This document shows positions 1 through 9,739 of a stretch of DNA of 64,000 nucleotides, in pieces (position 1 is the stretch's first letter; each line of letters starts with the position of its first letter). Both the position numbers and the translations under genes were made by a program. The notes under the pieces were generated by a model that saw only the letters and a list, made by a program, of their open reading frames with translations, made no database searches and had not been told where the DNA came from. Where the stretch lies: positions 124,001 through 188,000 of IMG/VR virus record IMGVR_UViG_3300046703_000335, one strand, 5' to 3'.

Positions 1-3000
1 TCCATGACTACCAGGATCAAGGACTGCTTCTACAAGGGAATCCGCTATCTCTGGAGCCAATGCCGCATTTATACTATTTGTTAAACCATCAATAGTTCTA
101 TTACTAATTTCGTTAAAGAAGAAAGTACGTTCATACTTGTAGTTTAAATTCCAATCGCAAGAAGCACTCAAAGTATCCGTTCCATCATCTACCGTAATAT
201 TAGATGCTGTGAATTGATAATTAGAAGCGGGTTTAATTTGTAATACATTTTCATCTTTCAGCATAATATTATCAGTTATAGATAATGGTACATTAGCATG
301 AAAATTAGGAAGATAACTATATTCAAAATATCCGGGATTAAACTTATCCTCACGAGTGAACTTAAGATTAGCATAAAACCATTTATTGACAATATTATTA
401 TTGTTTATTCTATTTACAAGATCAGCTATACTTTCCTTATCTGGAGCCATAGCATGCCCGGATCCTGCTAATGGTAACCCGTATCCTAAGGTTTTAACGG
501 GCTGACCAAGATCGGATGCCTTAATAAAATCTACAGAAGAACTTTTAAAATATAACCAGTTATCCTTAACTTCATACTGAGCATTATAATCCCAGCTATA
601 TATATCAAAAGCTATAATATCTTTTCTGAACCCTTGAGGGACATTACTCAATGTATCAATATAAGCTGCCTCTGGATCTCCTATGGTAAACTTATGAGTT
701 TCCCCATAGCTATATCTTTCTTCCTTAATATTTATTCGATGCTTTATATTACCCTTAAGAATAATATTATTAAGCTTCCACCCAATTAACTGATTGTTCT
801 TATATAATACCGTACCATCAGACATATCTACGGTAAATGACTTGATAATTGGAACAAATGCAGTTTCAAACTCAGAGCTCTTATATTTACCTTCTACTTC
901 TGAATTACCAATTAATTTAGCGGTAAAAAATGCCCGGTTACCATTATCATCAACTTCTCCTGATGCATTAAATTTAGTTAGAACAATAGCTTCAACAAGT
1001 TCATTGATAGTACTATATTTTCGAAGATTATATGTTGCGCTATTACTTTCAGATCCATTAATCCTTGTAAGAATTAACTCTTTAAGTGCCCCAACAACTG
1101 GGCTATCTTCTACAACTTTTATCTGATTATATTGTTCCTCTGTAATTGGTTTGTTATTGTCTATTAAATCCAGGATTTCTTGTGGAGTCATATAACTCTT
1201 GTAGTCTCCTGAATCAAAATCTGAGAATGATACAGACCATTCAAAACCATCTATACAACTTAGTTCGATAATCTCTCTATTATTAATTACATTCCATTTA
1301 CCAGACACTGGTATACCCTCTATAGCGGCTTTATTTGGATTACCATTAGATGTGTACATTGGAAAGGAAAACACAGCATTTTTTATACTGGATATCGTTC
1401 TACTATTGGAATCTTTCCCACTTATTGCTTCAATATACGTATCTACATATACAGTTGTTACCCAATCAAATCCTACAGGTAAAATATTGACATTTGTTAG
1501 AATATATGAAGTAGTTAAACCACTTTTAGGTTCAGCCTCATATACTGAAGATGCTGATAAAAGATTCTCTCCTAAATAAATGAAGCTATTAATCTCATCA
1601 CATATCTCAGCCAAAGTTTTAAATGATCCATCTATTTTTTGAAATGAAAATGTAAAAATATCAGAGATAGTGGTATCTTTATATATAACTTTTCCATCAA
1701 CAATAAGATTATAGAAAATTATATCCAGCTTCTTTATCTTAGCACTATCCGTATATATACGATAATAAAATTGATCTGTATTTTTATCTACAGAACTATA
1801 GATATTATTCGTAGAAATATATGGAATTGCAAAAAATTCCTTAGCAGAAACATAATCTGAAGTACTTATAAAAAGATCTGATGTACGAGATCTATTAGCT
1901 GTGGGTACTGTGCTATGAAACAAATAAGTGTTATTTATTTCACTAGACAACTCAAATATAGTCTTATATGCATTTGAATTACTGCCTATGATATATAATT
2001 TAAATGTACTATAAAATGTCTCTTCATTAAAATCATAAGCTAATGTTAATACCTTTCCCCCGGTATTATCAAAGAAGACGCCATATCTAAAATTAGCTTT
2101 ATTGTAAGGATCATTTAAAGTTATAGACAATCCTGGGGTACCATATTTTAATAGATAATAATTCCCTAAATAAGATATATTAAATCCTGGGAGCTCTCTT
2201 ATCTCATGTGTATAGATTCTATCCTCTACATTTTTGTTAAGAAAAAGCACTCTTGGATCAGATGCTCTATGGTCAGCCACATTAGTAGATACAAGTTGGA
2301 GGCCATTAATGGAGTCAATAGGTTGATTACTTAGAAGTACAGTCTTTGATAGCACGTCATTTTCGGTGTAGGTGAAAACATTATCTGTTAAAAATAATTT
2401 TATTCCCTCATAACTATGACTTGATATTTCCGAACAAATATTATTTATAGTCTTATAGGATATAGTTGGAATACCTCCTATATCTATCTTATCATATAAA
2501 TAAAATACCCACGCTATTCCTGGTACAATTTGATTAGGATTATCTTTCCTAATTAGATCAAAAATAATCTTAATATATTTGCCATCATAATTAGAAGATA
2601 CAGTAACCAAGGGGGAAACTACTGTATAAACAGATTGGTCTGCCAAGGACATCTTAATAATTGGTATCTCTACTAATCCTACAGTCATAACTTTTGAATT
2701 AGTATCATACATCTGTCTTACTAACTGCTGGTATAATATCCCTTGTTCAATACTCATGACCCATCTTATATAATTGTTCTTCCAGTTATAGTTATTGTTT
2801 TCATTTAGATTGTAGTAAAAAAGTAGTTTACTATAAAAAGTGTTATACAAATTCCAAGCATAAAGGGTTTGATTATATGTGGTAGCAATCTCTGGAGAAG
2901 CATTATTTTCAGCATGAACAAGATCAGGATAAAGGGTTCTAAAAACAGGACCAGCAGTATCTACTAAAAATCTTAATTGCTTTTCATAAGTAAGTATTCG

Positions 3001-6000
3001 TACTCTCAATATATCAGAGATACCTGAAGTAGTACCCCCATCAGGCATTGCCAGATAATCCTGATATTTACTATTTTTACGATTAAGGTCACCATTGTCA
3101 AAAGCCCGAGCTATCTTGTCATTATAGCTATATAAATCTCTTACAATGAGCTCCTCAGTCTGCCAAGCTTGCTTTTCAAGAAGCAATCTTTTATAGATAT
3201 TTTCAGGATCATAAAAATTCTCGTATACCTTTTCTTCATTATAACCATAATCACCGATAATGGGTTCTTCTCCGCCATCTGCAAACTTAAAAATCCAATC
3301 TCTATCTTTAGCTCTAATAACTATACCTTGATAGTACCCATCTTTACTCTCTGCATCGTATATATTTTCTAAAGATAAATAAAAATATCTGAAGAACCCC
3401 TTAGAGGTATCTTCCTTTATATCATAGATGATTATCGGAGGTGCTGGTAAAGGCATTGGTATCTTAGCCTTTTCAGTAAAATCATATCTTAAGGCATCCA
3501 GAACATCATCGATATTTCGTTCTTCTTTAAATGTTAACTTTGATAAATCTACGGTGCCAAGTTCTTCCCAATCCTTTTCAGAATCCCTCTTTATCAGAAC
3601 TTTAAAATTTTTTGTGGACTCTTTAATAAAAGGAAATAGCAGCTTTACCAGAGCAGCACTAAAAGGTTTCCTTATCCTACGGGTATTATTTGCAAGTCTT
3701 TCTACAGCATCCCCATAAGCTGTAGCTCCAAGACTCCCATAGTCATCAAACATTGGAAAATCTTCTTTATCCTGACGAGTAATTACAATACGATATCCTT
3801 CTGGAGAAAGAGCATCTACAAAGGTATCAAGAGGAAGTAATCCAAATGTATTGGGGTTTTCTGACGTCTGTACTTGTTTATCAACTATATTATAAGTCTT
3901 TATTCCCTTATCAGAAAAAGGCTTATTAGTAAGAATATATTCATACGTTTTATTATCCGGAGATTCTATACTCGATATAGTATAAGTATTTTTAAAATCT
4001 TCTATAATAACTTTATCCCCTACATTTACTACACGTAAAAATGTATAGTTATTTGGAGTAAAAGATCTATCAGCTATAGGGACATTAACAACATAATCAT
4101 CAACTAATTTATTATTTGTAGCTATTGAGTCATCTTTCCAAATAGTAAAAGATAGGTCAGATGTCCTATTCCAATAAGGTCGCTCAGATTTAATTACTCC
4201 TACAGTTATTATCTTATTCTTATCATTCTTATATGTTACATTACAACAGTATACTTCATTAAAAGATAGAAATCCTTTTTCAAATCTATGATAATAATCT
4301 GGAGCTTGATCACTATACCCTATAGGGAAATATTCTGAAAATCCATTATTAATCTGAGCGATATCTATATCTTTAGTGAGAGTATAATCTTCTGTTTCTA
4401 CATACTGATCCTCTATGCTATAGTAATCGTTTACTTTACCAACTGCATTACTGTGCCCGAACTTAAATCCAAGACCAAGCTGCATCTCAGCACTTAACCC
4501 TCGAAGTCTCTGTTTATACCATTTGAAAAATCTCAAATAAAGTTGTTTCTTAATATATTCATCTTGTAGGAGATAATAAATATCCGCTACACCTCCTCCA
4601 TAATTTGGAGTAGAGTTATTGGTTGCCCCACTATCATTACCTTGACCGCCAACAGCTGCTTTTTGTTCTATGAGCTGTTCTATTTGAGGCACGGTAACTA
4701 TTTCAGAGAAGCTTCTTTCAGTAAGCTTCTGTATATAAAATTGATCTATATTCTGATATTCAAAATAAACGTCCAAACGATACCCTATAGGAAGAGCAGT
4801 TACAAATCGACAAGAACATGTTATTGGGTCACCTTCATTTTCAAATAAATTATCAAGACCCATATAATTAAGGATATATCGATCTAAAGATGCCACAGGA
4901 GTAGTTAATTCTACCACGCCATTAGTAATAGCATAGTCTGTGTTTACTTCTAATCTTCTCTCATTAAGATTCCCAATAGGTATGAAGGAACTAACATCTA
5001 CAGTAGCATATATAGTTTGATTCCCTGAAATACCTTCTCCTAACAATGCAGTGAGATGCGTATAATCCCATTTTCCTAAACCAAATGTATCCTGATTTTT
5101 AAGTATGGTGGTGAAAGGAAAAATAGTGCTTGAAACAACAGAGGATATATTTGGGATAATAGAAGCAGCTAAATCATACAAATCATTTGTATCAGAATAC
5201 TGAATGATAGTTTCTTTTTTTAGCTCATTACCAGAAGGATCAAATAAAAGTTCTTTTATAGAAATATTGTTCGATGTAATATATACATCAAATGTACCTA
5301 TGCATCCAAGGGGAACTTTATAATTAATATCAAAAGCACCAACTGCTAAGGGGATATAACTTGGTAAATTTATGTATTGATCATCAGTACTCTTCAGTGC
5401 GTACTTATCAAAAGCATCATTAAGAATATCAATAAAGTTATTATCTACTGTTATATTAAAAGGCCTATCCCCAGATATATAGGATTCTATTCTCTTGATA
5501 GCCTCAAAAAGCAATCCAAAATTATCGTAATTTGCGTATTTTAGGGAAATCTCCTTAGTATTGAAATTATCAACTACTTCTTTAAAGTATATCTGATCAA
5601 CAGCCACTTTAACCATAGCACTTCCGGTATGCTTATACGGTGCTGTATATGTAAATTGAACTTGAGGTTGTGGTCCAGAAGTAGTTAATACTACTGGGAT
5701 CTTACTGATTTTTACATACCCTGAATAAGTCTGGACTTTTACCCCTGAATCAATTTCAGAATTCAAAAGTAATTCAAAGTTATCTACATTTTGTATTACT
5801 CCCTGAACCTGATATATATAGCTATTACCAATATTCAGGATAGTTCCTACTCTAATGTTATCCTTAAGATCTCCAGAAAATTTTAATCGTGATGTACTAT
5901 GATCTACACCAATAAGGAGACTAACCATATCCAGCCATTCTGGTGAAGTACTTATATATTTATAAGGTGCTACCATATTTTCATTTATAGTACTGTATAA

Positions 6001-9000
6001 AGTTACTATAGTACCTTTATCGGGTACATACACAGTACTCTTTACCATACTTAAAAACATTCTACTACTTATTTTATTAATAAAGGCAATTAGCATACCA
6101 TGCGCAAAATAAGTAGACAGATCAGCATCAGTTATTGTAAACTCATTTTTTCCACTAAAGAGTTCTAAAAGTGTATATTTAAAAAGATCAGGAGTAGTAT
6201 TAAATGTATACGGAAGATTTATAGGATTTTGATCTTCGAAAGGTATCAAAGTATCTGGACTCCAAGTACCCTTTCCGAGATAATATTCTTCTCTGTTAGC
6301 ATGAGTTATGGTGAAAGGATTATATTCCGGAACATCTATATATGGTATGCTTGCTTTGAATGTGGATTTGGTAGACTGAATAGCTTTTGCTAATGTATAA
6401 ATATCTGAATAATCTTTGATTAAATATTTATAAGGCACAGGATTCTTAATACCAGAAATATATTCATCAAGAACTATTGAATCTTTTACAAAAAGTACTT
6501 TAGCACTCCCTTCAAATCCTATAGGGGATTCGTATCTTAATGTAAATGCAGGCTGAGCTGTATCATTAAGAATAAGTTTTCTTGCCGGTAGAGTTGTAAT
6601 TCCTTCCGTATAAACTGGGAGAATAGAATATTTTATATTGGAAGTCAGAGAGGATCTGAGATTTGGGTAAATAGTTACAGTAGTTTTTGTGCCGTTAGTT
6701 GTTACCAAATTTATTGTGTATATCTCTTGATCATTAACCAATAATAACCCTTCTTTCTTCAAATTTGTATTTAAAAAAAGAGGACCTCCATCCAGAATTA
6801 TAAACCCAGAGTCTATTGGTATGGTAGTATCTACTTTAACATCTTCTGACATAGTTTGCCAGGTAATTTGATCATCAAATATCGAGAACACAGGATCAAT
6901 AGCTGTCTCAGAAAAAGTACCATAAATCTCTATTTTTGTAGTTTGATTATTAAAGGATACATTTCTTAAGACATAGTAATTTAATGATTGAGGGTCATTA
7001 TTAGCCACCTGAAGAATAGTACCTGCTTTAAGAGAATCTGTTTTATCATAACCCTCTATCAGAAATGAATCATCCCCCGCATTTATTACTGTAGATATAA
7101 GTAAAATTGGGGCATAGGGGAGGATATCTGATTCATATGTATAAGATCCTACAACAATATCATCACTCGATAATGCTATACTGTTTACTGTGGAATCTAA
7201 CTCTATCAATTTTTTGATGTCATCATATTTTGCACCATTGACATCAAAAATTTTATTGGTCCCTTTTACTCCGATACTTAAGATATTCTCAGGAGTAATA
7301 CTCCCTAAAAATTTATAGTTAGCGGTAATTTTATCACTATCAAACAATATCTTTTTTGGTACAGATACTGAAGGATTATTAACTTTAAACAGCAATCTCT
7401 TGCTTCCAATATCATTTTGAGAAAAAGTAAATACATCATCAATTATAGTATATGAATAGTTAATACTTTTATCTATACTACGAGCTATACAGTTTATCTG
7501 CGCCATAGGAGTATAAGAAGCTCGTATCTCAACAGTAATTTCCTCCGAGGGTAGCATATCAATATACCCTGTGATATATGACATATTAAAATCTATACCT
7601 TCAACAAGTATCCTTGTTAAAGTTACTTGACTTCCTGAATCACTTAGCTTATTATATTTTTTCGACAGTACTAAGGAATTAATTACTAATGGATAGCTAT
7701 TAAGGCGTAAAGTCTTTAGTTCAACTTTCTCATCCTTTATATCATCACCTTCTACATAATAAGACAATAGAACGGTCTCATCAATCTTAGTAGGCTTACT
7801 AAGCGCAAATGCTCCCGATTCTGGATCAATAGTAAAGTCTATATCACGAAGCAAATTATTGGAATCTGTATCTTCATAATACACAGTGTAATCTATTCCT
7901 TTTAATCCCGATACTCCAGGAATAACCAAATTGTTGAAATCATTTACATTCTCCTTTTTAACTCCGGTTATTACACTAATACCATCCCATATGAGTTTTT
8001 TAGGATATGTTAAAGTATCTATTAAAGCTTCATGATTACTGTGCTCAACAAAAGTAAGCATACCCGCACCATCATTAGACACATATTCTGAATTCTTTAT
8101 TTTTTCCGATCCAGCTACTTTTATGGAAAAATCATCTGTAGACAAAATATCCTGGACAGGTCTTACTACTACAGTATCCCCCTCTATTGTCTTTTTATCA
8201 ATAGTAATATTACCATTAAATGTGGTACTTATCTTACTGACTTGAACTTCATCTTCCATACTATCTAAAAATTTTATATAAGCAACTTTTCTCTCTTCAT
8301 ATGGAGGAATAGGGTATAAGATCTCTGAGCTATTTGTATAATTGATAAAATAATCTTTAACTTCTACCGCTTTTTTAGGCTCCTCACCATTTTTACCTAT
8401 GAAAACTTGAAGACTACTATGTGGGTAGGGTATCGGACTCAAAGAGATATCAAAAACTGGTGAAGTATTATTAGCAACTAATGTCTTAGTAGTACTTAAT
8501 ACTGTAGCAATATCAGGCTTCTTCTTTGATGTACCATTTTGAAATTTAAGAGTTACTCCAGTATCAAGATTAAAATTACCAGATGGAGCTATAACAGGAT
8601 CAAGCATCTGTATACCAGTAATTCCCCACTCGCTATTATCCTTGTTATATATAATATTAGTATCTGCATGCTCATATTTTACACTATCAAGATATATCTT
8701 TTCTATGGAACAGCTACCTGACTGCACATCTGGGTCAGAGTTATTTTCTTTTGTATACTTTTCAATAATGAAAATATTTGTTCCATCTATACCTGTTACA
8801 GTGTATGCAGTTCTATCAATGTCAAGTTTTATTTTATCATTATGAGATAGATTCTGAGCTCCTGTATACTCTCTAATAACATCACTATTCTGAATAAATG
8901 TTCCATATCCACTAAGGTCATTGCCTATTAAGGAGGACTGAATCAAATATTCTTTATTTATCCCTGTTTCACCAGTCTTTACAGTAGGGTCATCACCGGG

Positions 9001-9111
9001 ATTAACTTCTATAGTTCTTGTAGAAGATGCATTTTTAATACTGACACGCGCACCACGAACTACAGTATCGTCAAGATAAAGCGAATTTAAATTAAAAATT
9101 TCTGATCCCAT
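1..9111 (-). CDS. Giant virion protein (>=3037 aa, 3'-truncated at window edge), probable baseplate/tail-fibre-associated
   Basis: ATG at 9111 directly after the 9122..9739 gene (MGSEIFNLNSLYLDDTVVRG...). Frame is open where spot-checked (e.g. NNSTPNYGGGVADIYYLLQD at ~4600; LAPEIADSLVEAVLDPGSHG at 60-1). The ORF track lists no minus-strand ORF here, consistent with no stop before the edge. Recurring beta-rich modules (DFTIDPESGAF, DYAITNGVVEL). Confidence 0.85.
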   Translation of the reverse strand, partial: MGSEIFNLNSLYLDDTVVRGARVSIKNASSTRTIEVNPGDDPTVKTGETGINKEYLIQSSLIGNDLSGYGTFIQNSDVIREYTGAQNLSHNDKIKLDIDRTAYTVTGIDGTNIFIIEKYTKENNSDPDVQSGSCSIEKIYLDSVKYEHADTNIIYNKDNSEWGITGIQMLDPVIAPSGNFNLDTGVTLKFQNGTSKKKPDIATVLSTTKTLVANNTSPVFDISLSPIPYPHSSLQVFIGKNGEEPKKAVEVKDYFINYTNSSEILYPIPPYEERKVAYIKFLDSMEDEVQVSKISTTFNGNITIDKKTIEGDTVVVRPVQDILSTDDFSIKVAGSEKIKNSEYVSNDGAGMLTFVEHSNHEALIDTLTYPKKLIWDGISVITGVKKENVNDFNNLVIPGVSGLKGIDYTVYYEDTDSNNLLRDIDFTIDPESGAFALSKPTKIDETVLLSYYVEGDDIKDEKVELKTLRLNSYPLVINSLVLSKKYNKLSDSGSQVTLTRILVEGIDFNMSYITGYIDMLPSEEITVEIRASYTPMAQINCIARSIDKSINYSYTIIDDVFTFSQNDIGSKRLLFKVNNPSVSVPKKILFDSDKITANYKFLGSITPENILSIGVKGTNKIFDVNGAKYDDIKKLIELDSTVNSIALSSDDIVVGSYTYESDILPYAPILLISTVINAGDDSFLIEGYDKTDSLKAGTILQVANNDPQSLNYYVLRNVSFNNQTTKIEIYGTFSETAIDPVFSIFDDQITWQTMSEDVKVDTTIPIDSGFIILDGGPLFLNTNLKKEGLLLVNDQEIYTINLVTTNGTKTTVTIYPNLRSSLTSNIKYSILPVYTEGITTLPARKLILNDTAQPAFTLRYESPIGFEGSAKVLFVKDSIVLDEYISGIKNPVPYKYLIKDYSDIYTLAKAIQSTKSTFKASIPYIDVPEYNPFTITHANREEYYLGKGTWSPDTLIPFEDQNPINLPYTFNTTPDLFKYTLLELFSGKNEFTITDADLSTYFAHGMLIAFINKISSRMFLSMVKSTVYVPDKGTIVTLYSTINENMVAPYKYISTSPEWLDMVSLLIGVDHSTSRLKFSGDLKDNIRVGTILNIGNSYIYQVQGVIQNVDNFELLLNSEIDSGVKVQTYSGYVKISKIPVVLTTSGPQPQVQFTYTAPYKHTGSAMVKVAVDQIYFKEVVDNFNTKEISLKYANYDNFGLLFEAIKRIESYISGDRPFNITVDNNFIDILNDAFDKYALKSTDDQYINLPSYIPLAVGAFDINYKVPLGCIGTFDVYITSNNISIKELLFDPSGNELKKETIIQYSDTNDLYDLAASIIPNISSVVSSTIFPFTTILKNQDTFGLGKWDYTHLTALLGEGISGNQTIYATVDVSSFIPIGNLNERRLEVNTDYAITNGVVELTTPVASLDRYILNYMGLDNLFENEGDPITCSCRFVTALPIGYRLDVYFEYQNIDQFYIQKLTERSFSEIVTVPQIEQLIEQKAAVGGQGNDSGATNNSTPNYGGGVADIYYLLQDEYIKKQLYLRFFKWYKQRLRGLSAEMQLGLGFKFGHSNAVGKVNDYYSIEDQYVETEDYTLTKDIDIAQINNGFSEYFPIGYSDQAPDYYHRFEKGFLSFNEVYCCNVTYKNDKNKIITVGVIKSERPYWNRTSDLSFTIWKDDSIATNNKLVDDYVVNVPIADRSFTPNNYTFLRVVNVGDKVIIEDFKNTYTISSIESPDNKTYEYILTNKPFSDKGIKTYNIVDKQVQTSENPNTFGLLPLDTFVDALSPEGYRIVITRQDKEDFPMFDDYGSLGATAYGDAVERLANNTRRIRKPFSAALVKLLFPFIKESTKNFKVLIKRDSEKDWEELGTVDLSKLTFKEERNIDDVLDALRYDFTEKAKIPMPLPAPPIIIYDIKEDTSKGFFRYFYLSLENIYDAESKDGYYQGIVIRAKDRDWIFKFADGGEEPIIGDYGYNEEKVYENFYDPENIYKRLLLEKQAWQTEELIVRDLYSYNDKIARAFDNGDLNRKNSKYQDYLAMPDGGTTSGISDILRVRILTYEKQLRFLVDTAGPVFRTLYPDLVHAENNASPEIATTYNQTLYAWNLYNTFYSKLLFYYNLNENNNYNWKNNYIRWVMSIEQGILYQQLVRQMYDTNSKVMTVGLVEIPIIKMSLADQSVYTVVSPLVTVSSNYDGKYIKIIFDLIRKDNPNQIVPGIAWVFYLYDKIDIGGIPTISYKTINNICSEISSHSYEGIKLFLTDNVFTYTENDVLSKTVLLSNQPIDSINGLQLVSTNVADHRASDPRVLFLNKNVEDRIYTHEIRELPGFNISYLGNYYLLKYGTPGLSITLNDPYNKANFRYGVFFDNTGGKVLTLAYDFNEETFYSTFKLYIIGSNSNAYKTIFELSSEINNTYLFHSTVPTANRSRTSDLFISTSDYVSAKEFFAIPYISTNNIYSSVDKNTDQFYYRIYTDSAKIKKLDIIFYNLIVDGKVIYKDTTISDIFTFSFQKIDGSFKTLAEICDEINSFIYLGENLLSASSVYEAEPKSGLTTSYILTNVNILPVGFDWVTTVYVDTYIEAISGKDSNSRTISSIKNAVFSFPMYTSNGNPNKAAIEGIPVSGKWNVINNREIIELSCIDGFEWSVSFSDFDSGDYKSYMTPQEILDLIDNNKPITEEQYNQIKVVEDSPVVGALKELILTRINGSESNSATYNLRKYSTINELVEAIVLTKFNASGEVDDNGNRAFFTAKLIGNSEVEGKYKSSEFETAFVPIIKSFTVDMSDGTVLYKNNQLIGWKLNNIILKGNIKHRINIKEERYSYGETHKFTIGDPEAAYIDTLSNVPQGFRKDIIAFDIYSWDYNAQYEVKDNWLYFKSSSVDFIKASDLGQPVKTLGYGLPLAGSGHAMAPDKESIADLVNRINNNNIVNKWFYANLKFTREDKFNPGYFEYSYLPNFHANVPLSITDNIMLKDENVLQIKPASNYQFTASNITVDDGTDTLSASCDWNLNYKYERTFFFNEISNRTIDGLTNSINAALAPEIADSLVEAVLDPGSHG

Positions 9112-9121
9112 TATATTTCCT

Positions 9122-9739
9122 TCAATTTATCTTAGTAAACAATGAGGGTATCCCTATTACTGCCACAGGACCTACTGGAGGAACCGGGGCTATAACACCA
9201 GTCACTATGACCGTAAAATGTACTGAAGATTTAAGATGATTAACAATACCAAAAGATATTGATTCACATAAATTAGCTGCATCTCTTCCTGTTAGTTGCT
9301 TAGATACCATTAATGAGTACATCAGGTTAGATAATGTACTAACATTAACAGCTGTAAAACTCCCTATGCCACCACCAAGTGCTATACCCGCAGCAGTGCC
9401 CGATAATACCATCCCCATAAGAATTTGAGACAAACCATTTGATATTGAATCAAATAATTTTTTTATATCTCGCCCATTTAATCTTTTAGAAGCGGCTTTA
9501 CTTAACATTAAACCACTCATAACTGTGGGAACTAATCCAGTTACAGCCATACTATTTATATTACCTATAGGACCTGCAGTTCCATTAAGTGTACAAGAAA
9601 CTAAATTAGGTGTTACAAGATAAGTCGCTACAGAAGTACTCACGGCATCCACTAATTTAATAGCATCCCTTCCTGTTAACCTATTTAAGGATAGGAACCC
9701 CTGTATTGATGATGATATTGCTTTAGATACTACTGGCAT
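9122..9739 (-). CDS. Spike-associated virion protein with three internal repeats
   Basis: 205 aa with repeats LTGRDAIKLVDAVS / LNGRDIKKLFDSIS / LTGRDAANLCESIS. Overlaps the stop of the spike gene. Function inferred from position. Confidence 0.55.
   Translation of the reverse strand: MPVVSKAISSSIQGFLSLNRLTGRDAIKLVDAVSTSVATYLVTPNLVSCTLNGTAGPIGNINSMAVTGLVPTVMSGLMLSKAASKRLNGRDIKKLFDSISNGLSQILMGMVLSGTAAGIALGGGIGSFTAVNVSTLSNLMYSLMVSKQLTGRDAANLCESISFGIVNHLKSSVHFTVIVTGVIAPVPPVGPVAVIGIPSLFTKIN

Noticed and set aside
794-8845. Short plus-strand ORFs in the first 9 kb, and similar plus-strand or alternate-frame ORFs throughout
   Set aside because: Antisense or out-of-frame shadows of long minus-strand genes, with no recognisable motifs.
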